Assembly: GCA_054661495.1 (NCBI GenBank)
Contig: BAAFSQ010000268.1
Location: 1-13,589 of the forward strand
Origin: Zygophlyctis sp. KS116
Taxonomy: Eukaryota; Fungi; Chytridiomycota
Reading direction: 5' to 3'
Length of the DNA: 13,589 nt
Shown here: piece after piece, positions 1 through 8,982 of the stretch
Position numbering within the stretch: the stretch's first letter is position 1
How the letters are laid out: each line of letters begins with the position of its first letter
Made by a program: the position numbers and the translations under genes
The notes under the pieces: model-generated
Database searches by the model: none
Told to the model about the DNA's origin: nothing
The model's input: the letters and a program-made list of their open reading frames with translations, nothing else

Positions 1-165
1 CGTAATAGATTATCATCGGAGAAGGTAGCAAAACTCAACGCAATCAAGACAAATTCTTATGCTTTTAGAGATTATAACCTTCAGGACGTAGATGATATTG
101 ATGATGCTATTGATGAATCCAGTAATGCTGATGATTCAGATGCAACAGATGCTATAATAAGTTAA
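1..165 (+). CDS. hAT-family transposase, C-terminal fragment (end of dimerization domain plus acidic tail); 5'-partial
   Basis: Frame 1 reads RNRLSSEKVAKLNAIKTNSYAF...DVDDIDDAIDESSNADDSDATDAIIS* (TAA 163-165). RNRLxxExxxKLxxIxxN is the typical end of the hAT C-terminal dimerization domain. An Ac-like terminus follows about 100 bp downstream. Not in the ORF track. Confidence 0.8.
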   Translation, partial: RNRLSSEKVAKLNAIKTNSYAFRDYNLQDVDDIDDAIDESSNADDSDATDAIIS

Positions 166-193
166 TTAAAAGTAAAATAAATCCATTAAATGA

Positions 194-259
194 AAAACCC
201 ATAGCTGGGTTTTTGATAAAACCCAAACCCATAAAACCCAAGGCCTAGAACTGGGTTTT
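194..259. repeat. Subterminal (A)AAACCCA repeats of the hAT element, both orientations
   Basis: (A)AAACCCA at about 194, 218, 225 and 233; TGGGTTTT at about 206 and 252. Analogous to the short subterminal transposase-binding repeats of Ac. Confidence 0.75.
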
Positions 260-360
260 ATCCATCCCTGATCCTAGCAGAACGATGGATTACGTCACTT
301 ACTATCCTAGATTATTGTTTATCATTGAGTTCAACAACAAATTTACTGAGCAAACAAAAA

Positions 361-870
361 ATGGGTTGTGTAACGAGTGCCGAAAAGCGATGGATAGAGG
401 AAGGAATATTTTATGATTTATATTATCGACCTGGTATGTGCTGCTTCACTTTTGTAAACCATATGTGCATGCTAGATCATGATTTAGCATGTGTTCTAAC
501 AAGCGATCAGAATGCAGTTGTAGCATCACTTATGTATGATAAAGAATTTAGAATTACAAATCAGAAAATGCTTGCAGGGATTCGTAAAGGATCATCCAAA
601 ACTAAATTTAGTTATTATGATACATGTGTTATTCCGATTATAGAATTTACAGAAAATGAACAGGATTTAAAGGATAGACTATTGCAAGCAAGGATTGCGT
701 ATCCTGAAGCTAATGCAGTTTTAGTTCGAGGATTTGGTCTTTATGTTTGGGAGTCAGGATTATTATCAGTCCGTATGACTCAATGCTATGATCGCTTATT
801 TGCAATTGCAATCAAAATGAGATCCATGGGGATGGATCTTGCTAAAATTCACCCTGTAAATCATTACTGA
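361..870 (+). CDS. Class II aldolase/adducin-family protein, divergent homolog of methylthioribulose-1-phosphate dehydratase (MDE1/APIP-like); catalytic residues missing; probable intron 434-475
   Basis: Motifs EFRITNQKMLAGI, YYDTCVIPIIE, YPEANAVLVR.GLYVW and CYDRLFAIAIKM match APIP/Mde1. Removing GTATGT...CTAG (434-475, 42 nt, in frame) gives LYYRPDHDLACVLTSDQNAVVASL, which fits the family IYxxRPD..AVIHTHS segment. First in-frame ATG is 361, but the frame stays open back to the transposon border at 271, so the true start is uncertain. Confidence 0.75.
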   Translation: MGCVTSAEKRWIEEGIFYDLYYRPGMCCFTFVNHMCMLDHDLACVLTSDQNAVVASLMYDKEFRITNQKMLAGIRKGSSKTKFSYYDTCVIPIIEFTENEQDLKDRLLQARIAYPEANAVLVRGFGLYVWESGLLSVRMTQCYDRLFAIAIKMRSMGMDLAKIHPVNHY

Positions 871-986
871 TCTGCTGGAAGGTGAATTCACCATATTGGT
901 TAGAAATAAATTTATAGGAATTATGATTGAAGAAGAACGGGCAAAGCCGCCCATCCTTAGCTTTGTTAAAAATATATAAAGTTAAG

Positions 987-1115
987 GAAAAAGTGTGTGA
1001 GAATTGGTGCGAAAAGTGTGTGAATAGTGTCTGTTTGACAAGTGTGAGAAAAGTTTGAGTGCGAAAGGTGTGAGAAAAGTGTTTGAAAGCTGTGCGAAAG
1101 TTGCCAGAAGTGCGT
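987..1115 (+). repeat. Degenerate tandem array of about 10-11 copies of a 9-13 nt unit (GAAAAGTGTGY / GTGCGAAA / GTGTGAGAAAAG)
   Basis: Directly visible, e.g. gaaaaagtgtgt gagaattggtgc gaaaagtgtgt ... gtgtgagaaaagt ... gtgcgaaaggtgtgagaaaagt ... gtgcgaaagt. Ends about 30 bp upstream of ATG 1143. Confidence 0.75.
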
Positions 1116-1142
1116 GTTCACCCAAATTTAAATTTATCAATC

Positions 1143-2123
1143 ATGTTAAGAGCCCTCATGAATACAGGGATCTCCGAGAATACTAACACTGTTGGAGAGA
1201 CTAGTATTCAGATTGCTCAGAGAGCTCTAGAGAGGGAGAGAGCCCTTGGGGATGAGTTGACGAATCTGAGAGGACAAAGACAGGCTCTCGTTGGTCAACT
1301 TAATCTATCTCCAACAGAAGAAGAACGGGCACAGCTCACTAGTAGATTAAATGCTTTGGAAGAGGAGATCGATGTAACCTACAATTCAGCTTTTGGCGAA
1401 GTCAAGTATGACATCTTATTACTAACGAAAGGAAATTAAATAAGATTATTGAAAAGAATAATCAGATTGAACTTTCTTTAATGTTGGAGGAAATGTCTCG
1501 ATTTGAAAGAGTAGAGGTGTTATTCGAAAGTAGCACTGATTTTCCGCAACTGCCTCCCATCATAAGAACTATGAAACCCGTGCTATTTTTCTCAGAGCTT
1601 CAAGCTCTTGTAGAAAATTTATATCCAGGTTTCAATGTTGTCTTGATGAAACCTGGAACAGTGAACATGGTGGGAAGTCAGGAGGAACTATTTTTTGCTT
1701 ATCAAGACGTTTCGGAGGGGAAAGTGCTTTATTTGGAATTGAAGATCAGTAGTGCTTCCTTGAAAAGGAAAAGAAAAGCAGATGATGAAGGTGAATCTAT
1801 TCCAGAAGTCCGACATGAAGGACCGTGGTCGAACGCCGAAATTGAGTTATTCAAGATGGGTGTCGACCAATTTGGTTGGACAAAGTGGCAGAGTATTTCA
1901 GGGATAATTGGTACTCGAGATCGTCAGCAAGTACGTCAATTTGCCTCTACTCCAAAAGGTAACTAAATAATTTCTAATTTTTTAAGGTTTAAGTTTCAAG
2001 AAGACGCTTAGCATTACACAAGGATTATTGGATTTAGCAGAGGGTATGAAGATTGTAGCGCAGATATTCCAGGGAATGGTGACCGAGCATTCGGAACAGG
2101 GGGAAGACCTAGAGGACTGTTAG
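1143..2123 (+). CDS. Myb/SANT-domain protein (N-terminal coiled coil, PB1-like segment, NLS, single Myb repeat); exons 1143-1405, 1432-1958, 1987-2123; about 308 aa
   Basis: Intron 1406-1431 (26 nt, GTATGA..TACTAAC..AAG) joins ORFs 1083 and 1481 in frame. Intron 1959-1986 (28 nt, GTAACT..CTAAT..TAAG) extends the frame to TAG 2121-2123. Myb motif GPWSNAEIELFKMGVDQFGWTKWQSISGIIGTRDRQQVRQFA; basic NLS KRKRK. Confidence 0.85.
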
Positions 2124-2371
2124 TCACTGATTAGAAAAGACTGAATATATTGCATGTAAAGATATTCAAACTTGAATTAAAGTAATTTAAGTGACTTTTC
2201 CTGTAACAACCTCGTAAAAATGAAGTATTTCATCCACTTTTAAATCGACATGAAATTTGTTGTCCGAATCCTCATTCAGATTAGAGGAAGAGAAAACGAT
2301 ATCAAACGATTATCGTCTAATTCAAATCAATAGCCACCAGTGATAAGTTTCTAAATTTACAAAAAATATAT

Positions 2372-2839
2372 TTATGAATTTATAGAATCATCTGATGATT
2401 CTCCAATAGAAAATGCCATTCTAATTCCATGAATCGCTTGTGTATTTGAGATTTCCACATTTCTTTGCAAATCTAATTCATAATCTTGTTCTGTTTGATT
2501 CCAATTCAATAATGTCCGATTAGAAAGAACATTATGAGCTTCCTCGTTAAATCCACAATATGCCGCAATGATGAATGCTTCTGCACAAGTGAATGATGAT
2601 GTGAAATTCTTATTTGAGAGCAATAATCTAAAGTTTTTGGGCTTATTATTGAGAAGCCGATGCAGTTTAATACAAATGAGTTTAATATATTCTCTTGATC
2701 GTATAAACTGACAGCATCTGTAGGCAAGATCTACATTTAGATTTACAGAATTTAGAAAATGAATGCAAGATTCCAAGTCTAGCCAAGATAATAATTCTAA
2801 ATGCAATTCTGGCGGAAGCGCCCATATATTGATTTTCAT
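2372..2839 (-). CDS. F-box-like protein (N-terminal F-box, possible degenerate ankyrin-like repeat); 3' end uncertain
   Basis: MKINIWALPPELHLELLSWLDLESCIHF fits the F-box pattern (LPxELxxxIxxxL). AFIIAAYCGFNEEAHNVL resembles one ankyrin repeat. ATG 2839 is chosen because the ORF-track start (2866) overlaps the kintoun start. Confidence 0.6.
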   Translation of the reverse strand: MKINIWALPPELHLELLSWLDLESCIHFLNSVNLNVDLAYRCCQFIRSREYIKLICIKLHRLLNNKPKNFRLLLSNKNFTSSFTCAEAFIIAAYCGFNEEAHNVLSNRTLLNWNQTEQDYELDLQRNVEISNTQAIHGIRMAFSIGESSDDSINS

Positions 2840-2856
2840 TACTAGAAAGCTTGCGA

Positions 2857-4774
2857 ATGAATGCAACGACGGATATAAAGATTACTCAAGAGGAAATGCA
2901 AAGGCTCACAGAGTCATTAAAGAATGAAGAATTCAAGTCTTTATTTTTAGATTATGTCAAAGAAATTTCTGATCCGGCAAACAGGAAATTGTATGAAGAG
3001 GAGCTAAGAGCATTGGAAGCTGAACAGGGAAATGATATCACGTTTGTAAATCCAGAGCCGCATTTTGCTGTTAAAAGCAATGATGAAAATGGTCAAAAGG
3101 TATATAATAATGATTTAATCTTTGGCGTTTATTAATATTTGCTCTAGTTTAGCTATAAATGAAGCGATAGCGAAAAAGTCTAGTAAAGGAAGTAATTGGT
3201 CTATTCCATACAGTCTTGGAAAGCCTAGGGAAGATTTAGATAATGGTAATATTTTTAAATTTATTATTAGCAAACAAGGATTGTAGAGTTTTTGATGTTG
3301 TATTTCATCCAAAAACTATTGGTAAATGTACAAACGACGCTAGATTTAAAGATCTTATTATCTCTACTGCATTAGATGGGATAGAAAATCAGTTCAAGAT
3401 ACACTTAAATAGGGATTATAAACTTCCAAAATTAAAAGTAAAGGGTGTCATTCCATCTACAGTCATTAGAGTAAAAAAAAAGGAATTAAATGAAAATGAT
3501 AAAACTGAAACTACTACGGAATATCTAAAAAAGGTTCTGGAGAATCAACCAAGTATAGTTCAAAAAGAAGAGACTTTGAAAATTCCAGAATATACAATTA
3601 TTCATCAAGGGGTTATAAGTGACTATAGTGATTTTACAAACTCTAGAGAAAAGTCGGGGACAAGGCCAGATGTCTTAGTCATCAAAGTGAAATTGCCAAA
3701 AGTAGATTCGATTTCTCAAATTGAATTGGATACTTTTGAAAAATGTATAGAATTAAACGTCTCACGAATATACTCTGTAAATATACCTCTGCCATTCTCT
3801 GTGGTTCATGATAAAGGCACAGCTAAATTTGATAAAGGCATTAAAGAACTCTCTATAAGTCTTCCTGTAGTCAAACCAGCCTTGCCAAAACCAGAAAAGA
3901 TCATAATTGAGGAAATTCAAGATCTAGAGGAAGATGTTTCTGCTGCTGACATAAAAGAGGATTGTCTTGAATCTGGGAAGCAAAGTATTCAGGAAAAAGA
4001 CGGTCTCCAAAGTGTTATAACAAATGATGAAGCTGAACAGGTTGTGCAGATTAAAGTTCAAGATCAAAATACAAAATCCTTCTCAAAAGTTCCCATTTTT
4101 CATATGCGTCAAGATATAACGACCGTATCGTTTATGATACCCCTTCACATTAATGGTGATGATTCGAAAATTGAATTTCAAAGAGACTCGGTACGATTGA
4201 ATCTGGAGTCTAAAAAATAGTTTTTGTTCACTTTTTTACATGGAAAAGAAGAATATGGCTTACATGTCAAGTTTCAACAGAAAATTCATGCTGAAAACTC
4301 AAAACTAAAAATCGAAGAATCTCATGTATTTATTGTTTTGGAAAAGGAAAATCATGAAGAATGGGATTTTATTACATTTTATTCCTCAGGAATGAAATTT
4401 GACCGAGCTTTCTCTAAGATTATGTCGGACGCTGAAAAGAATTTATGGGTATTTTAAGATATGCTAATCAATAGGAAAATCCAGTAGATAGTTTAAAAAA
4501 AGCTGATGAATCAAGTCCCATCGTTATTACTCCTCAAATGGAACTTGATTCGAACACTTGTGTAAATAGCTCAGAAATAATCAATGTCTCTGACCCAGTT
4601 GATAATTCATCTTCAAACTTGAATGATAATTCAATAGTTGGCTTTCAGGATGAAATTGTAATTTCTGAGGGTCCACAATACTCTGTCGAAGTTAATGACG
4701 ATAATAATAATACAGGTCAATCAGTTCATTCGGAAATAATCGCTAATAGCTATTTATTTGAATTAGACGATTAA
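2857..4774 (+). CDS. DNAAF2: Protein kintoun / PF13, PIH1-domain axonemal dynein assembly factor 2; exons 2857-3099, 3125-3245, 3271-4190, 4221-4448, 4475-4774; about 603 aa
   Basis: N-terminal EEMQRLTESLKNEEFKSLFLDYVKEISDPANRKLYEEE; PIH1 motifs AFINICS, WSIPYSLGKPRED and VFDVVFHP; CS-domain AKFDK..KELSISLPV; C-terminal NSYLFELDD. Introns 3100-3124 (25 nt, ends TG), 3246-3270 (25), 4191-4220 (30) and 4449-4474 (26) keep one frame. Confidence 0.93.
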
Positions 4775-4808
4775 AATATGCTTATTTTATTAAATGCAGT
4801 TGATTGAC

Positions 4809-6754
4809 TTAGTTTTTAGCCTTACTATCCATTAGATCAAAAAAGGCTTCCTGTGGCAGATTAATCCCTCCGGCTACAGATTTCATTCTTTTTTTACCCT
4901 CTTTCTGACGATCTAAAAGCTTCATCTTTCGAGTTATATCGCCTCCATAGCATTTTGCAGTAATGTCCTTTCTTAGAGCTTTAATTCTATATTCTTAATT
5001 CATTTTAAGTATTACGTTTCTGTTGCAACAATCTTATTATTGACCGATGACTGTACTTTTATGTCGAAAAGCTGCCTGTCCACAACATTTTTCAATCTTG
5101 ATACCCATTCTTTAGAGATTTTTAACGATTGTGACTGATGACAAACGGAAGATAAAGAATCGACACTTTTCCCGTTCAGCAGGATATTTATTTTCACCAA
5201 TTCTGATGGCTCATATCCAGTCTCTTCGTAATCAAACCTTTTGCATTAAAACAATTAAAATTACGATGCATATCCAGACGATTTTGATTTCAAGATATCA
5301 TAAAAGTCCGTGAGAATCTCTGCTAGCGGTAGTTTGTATTTCATTATCACACGCTTTTCATCCAAAAACGAATACTCTAATTGTTCACCCCTTCTTTGAC
5401 TACAAAGATCCATCAAATTTCCTAAATACTCTGAAGGAAAAACAAGAGTTCCTAGTACGAAAGGCTCGAGAAATTCAATAATTTTTGAATGCTCTTGAAG
5501 CTCTGGAAATTCGGATGGATTTTGAATAATCTTTTCTGTACCGTCATGATATCGAATCATATATGGAACTGTGGGCATAGTGTTTATAATATTAGCCTTA
5601 TATTCTTCTTCTAAGCGCTCTCTAAACACATCCATGTGCAAAGTTCCTAGAAATCCAAGTCTAAATCCCTGTCCAAGAGAAACAGAGCTTTCTTTTTTTA
5701 CAGTTACTGACGAGTCATTTAAAGTCAGGCGATCAATCGCTTCCGTCAATTGTGGATAATCCTGAGGATTTACAGGAAATAATCCAGAAAATACCATACT
5801 TTTTGCTTGCTGGAATCCAGGGAAAGCATTTCGGTCATTTTTATCAGTTGTAGAATGAAAAAAAGTATCTCCTATGAGTGCATCGCGAGTACTCTTCATG
5901 TTTAAGACCAAATATCCAACCTGGCCTGTTCTAGTTTTTAGATCGATAAATAAATACCCCAACTCAAAGGTAGTAACTGGATCTGGATGCATGATGCCCA
6001 GGTCATGTACTTCATATGTCTGTTGATTATAATTGGAAATGATCCGATCTCCTTTCTTAACCTTTCCTTGCTTCACAGCCACTAAACAAATGACACCCTT
6101 ATATTGCTCATACCAAGTATCAAATAATAGACATTTAAAAGGCTTATTAACGTCGCCAACAGGATGCGGTATATCCAAAACCAAACGATCCAACAAACTA
6201 GCAACTCCCTGACCAGTCTTTGCCGATACTCCAAGTACTTTTGAATTAGGAATTTCAAATGCATTTTCTAATTGTTCCATTACCTTTTGTGGATCTGCAG
6301 CCGGCAAGTCAATCTTATTAAGAACAGGGAGTATCGCAAGACCTTGCGCAAAAGCCAAATAGAAGTTTGCAACAGTTTGAGCCTGAACTCCCTTTGTTGC
6401 ATCGACCAAGAATGCACATCCTTGACATGCAGCCAATGATCTACTGACCTCATAAGAGAAATCGACATGTCCCGGGGTATCAATCAAGTTTAAAAGATAT
6501 GTGGTTGAATTTACTGTATGGAACATTGTCGCTGTTTGTGCCTTGACTGTGATCCCTCTATCTCTTTCAACTTTGAGCTTATCAAGTACTTGGGAGTTTC
6601 CACCTTTTGCTATAACTCCAGTCAATTCCAAGATCCGATCAGCAAGAGTTGATTTCCCATGATCAATGTGTGCTATGATGCTAAAGTTCCTGATAAGCTC
6701 TGGGGGGAACTCTACTGATTTGCTGGAAAATGATCGCATAAACAAACGACACAT
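4809..6754 (-). CDS. GUF1: Mitochondrial translation factor GUF1 (EF-4/LepA); exons 6754-5958, 5930-5265, 5237-5016, 4986-4809; about 620 aa
   Basis: [44 protein letters not shown] and C-terminal [20 protein letters not shown] are LepA signatures. Introns 5931-5957 (27 nt), 5238-5264 (27) and 4987-5015 (29) restore GTGQVGY, GYASFDYE and ETIKALRK. Short Arg/Ser-rich N-terminus is consistent with a mitochondrial presequence. Confidence 0.97.
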
Positions 6755-6761
6755 AAAAACT

Positions 6762-8982
6762 TTATTCTATAATTATTACTTGAGGTTCAGGCTCCCAATC
6801 GATGTTCTTATGCATTTCAGATTTATATTTCTCTGGAGAGCTTACAACTAAAATATTTTTAAGATCTGATGTTCGCAGCAATGCTCTTGTACTTGTATCC
6901 GAATTTAATCTCTCGCAAAGATCATGATGAGAAAACGATTTGGTTTCTGGGCCGCGAATTAACCTAATGGTCCCATTAAAGAGTAATGATTCTTCAAAAG
7001 AATTAAATTTGGTTAATGGTATTTGCCATCTGATACCAAAATTTGGGGATAATCTTCCAACTTTTAAGTTAGAACTCCCAACTGGAGAATGAGCATGCGC
7101 CAGAGAATTCTCAATCAGTTGATTTCTAAATGAGACATTACGGCTATCAGTTTGAGAAATGTTATTTATAGCCTGACTAATTTTATGCACATAACGAGAG
7201 ACTTTTTGATTGTTTTTATAGATTGCAATAGCGGTTTCAAAATGAAATGATGCATTGGATTTCAGGAAGTTTCCAGTCAATGCTAGATCAAGTTTAGCTG
7301 TTTTCATGATCTGTAAAAGATCTTTAAGAAAATTTGAGCAAGCAAATGTGTCCGAATCCATGAAAACGATATATTCATAAGGAACAATTTCTGATAGATT
7401 TGGCAGTAAATCAATGAAATTTTGGACAGTATTATTTATCTATTAAATTTAGATTTTAGACTAAAATTACCAATATAAAGTCATCAAACATACCAGACAC
7501 TCTTGAAATAGTATCCGGGAAGAGATTATTACTTATTAAAGTGATGTCCACATCTTCCTCTGAATTTCTAACAGAAAGAACAGAGTTCAAGGTATTTTTC
7601 ATAGTGCCTTTGAATTTTTTATCATCCAAATCCAAAACCGAATAAATCAGACCAATCTTGTTTCTATTGGCATTTTTTTTAGGACCGACATCTAACATAC
7701 GTATGTGTTTTTGAGATTCCCATGATATATCAAAGCATTTCTTACCTAAAAGTTGATCACATTCTTGTTGAGAGTATGCCAGCTCAAGTGAATTGCCTAA
7801 ATTATACGCTTTGATCTGAGGATGTTTGACTTTGTCCCAAATTACTATTCTAGGCTGTCGGTTTGAGTTTATATACTCACAAACTTCTGCATTGAATATA
7901 TAACCGTGGCCTCTCATTTGAAAAAATCTCGCATGGCCAGCCATCACCAATGTATGATAATGAGAATATTTCGTTCTTGGATGCAGCTGAATTTCACTTG
8001 AAGGTCTAAAGCTACCTCCAAACAATGGTGAAAGTCTTCCCAACTTGATATTGAATCGATGATTATATATGGCTTCATTCAAAGCTGAGTACTGATTATC
8101 ATATTTTTCATTTTCTCCTAATCGACTCATAATCTGTATACAATCATCCAACAATCTAATGACATTTTGTTTATCTCTAAACATAATGACTCCTAAATCA
8201 GCGTCTCCTAGCCTAGAAAGATGTCTACTTTGACTGATGCCACTAAAGACCATATCCAAGTTTGAATTTTCAAAGAATGGTAGAATATCAGAAATAAATG
8301 AATTACAAATGATGGTATCCTGGTCAAAATAAATAGTTATTTTATACGGAGAAAGCTTCAAAGCATTTGATAAGGTGAACAAGGAATTTGCTTCAATATC
8401 ATCTGAGATTTGTTCGAACCGATCCACTACCATCCTTAGAATATTTAGCTTTCTTTCATCAATGGATGGGCCTACAAGACAAATTTTAATTTCTGGCTCT
8501 ACTTCTCTTAACTTACGAGCCTGATCATATATTTTCCTGTAATAATAATCAGAATTCATATTTGGATAAATCACAAGCAATACTCCAAACTTTTGAATCG
8601 TGCCAACTGAAGGCGATGGTAATTTATCAGACATTGAGATCTTGTCCGGACTTAATTTAATTAGATCATCAAAAGATTTAGATTTTTTAGGCTGATAACT
8701 GGTTTCCATATCAGGAGCCACCATGGTCATTGCAAACGTGATATTTATAAATGCAGCACTAGAATTCATGTAGTCTTGGATTTCATACTGGTTCGGTGCC
8801 TGCTGTTCCAGAGAACCTACCCTTAACGGTTCATTTTGAACCTGACCTAAAGTCACGACGAGCTCTTGCTCTTCAGCTGTATATGTGTGGTCTTTATTCC
8901 TTATTCTGAGTTTAATATATAGGAGTATGGCACAAAAGAAAACTAATACAAAAGAGAAAATACTTTTTTTTCTGAATTTCAT
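6762..8982 (-). CDS. Type II membrane protein with two tandem GT-A-fold (nucleotide-diphospho-sugar transferase-like) domains; exons 8982-7471, 7439-6762; about 729 aa
   Basis: Basic N-terminus plus TM (MKFRKKSIFSFVLVFFCAILLYI). Intron 7440-7470 (31 nt, GTAATT..TAATAG) joins the 508-aa and 199-aa ORFs. Two aligned DxD segments: SPYKITIYFDQDTIICNSFISDIL and VPYEYIVFMDSDTFACSNFLKDLL. CAZy family cannot be assigned by eye. Confidence 0.75.

Larger units (their letters stand above)
1..270 (+). mobile_element. Right end of a hAT (Ac-like) DNA transposon
   Basis: Ends TTTATCCATCCCTG at 270; its reverse complement CAGGGATGG matches the start of the maize Ac TIR (CAGGGATGAAA). Preceded by clustered subterminal repeats and the transposase tail. 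The predicted 8-bp TSD is ATCCTAGC (271-278); the other end is outside the window. Confidence 0.8.

Noticed and set aside
194-259. AAACCC repeats as telomeric or interstitial telomere sequence
   Set aside because: Not tandem, mixed orientation, and positioned between a transposase tail and a TIR; better explained as hAT subterminal repeats.
881-892. Perfect 12-bp palindrome GGTGAATTCACC after the MDE1-like stop
   Set aside because: Isolated and short; no supporting context for a function.
987-1115. Repeat array as a CRISPR array
   Set aside because: Units are about 11 nt, degenerate, with no unique spacers; eukaryotic context and no cas genes.
1083-1142. ORF-track N-terminal extensions starting at TTG/GTG (1083, 325, 2851, 4224, 10148, 11539, 12078)
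   Set aside because: Non-ATG starts from a prokaryote-style ORF caller; spliced ATG-initiated models explain the homology better.
2188-2371. Coding-looking minus-strand stretch (SSSNLNEDSDNKFHVDLKVDEILHFYEVVTGKVT*) as a further exon of the F-box gene
   Set aside because: I could not join it with a convincing GT-AG intron; in-frame stops intervene. May be a decayed 3' end.
4191-5264. Stop-codon reassignment or programmed frameshifting to explain broken kintoun and GUF1 ORFs
   Set aside because: Breaks are resolved by short introns whose removal restores conserved motifs under the standard code.
4809-6754. Bacterial lepA, contamination or recent HGT
   Set aside because: Has three spliceosomal introns and a presequence-like N-terminus, and sits among eukaryotic genes.
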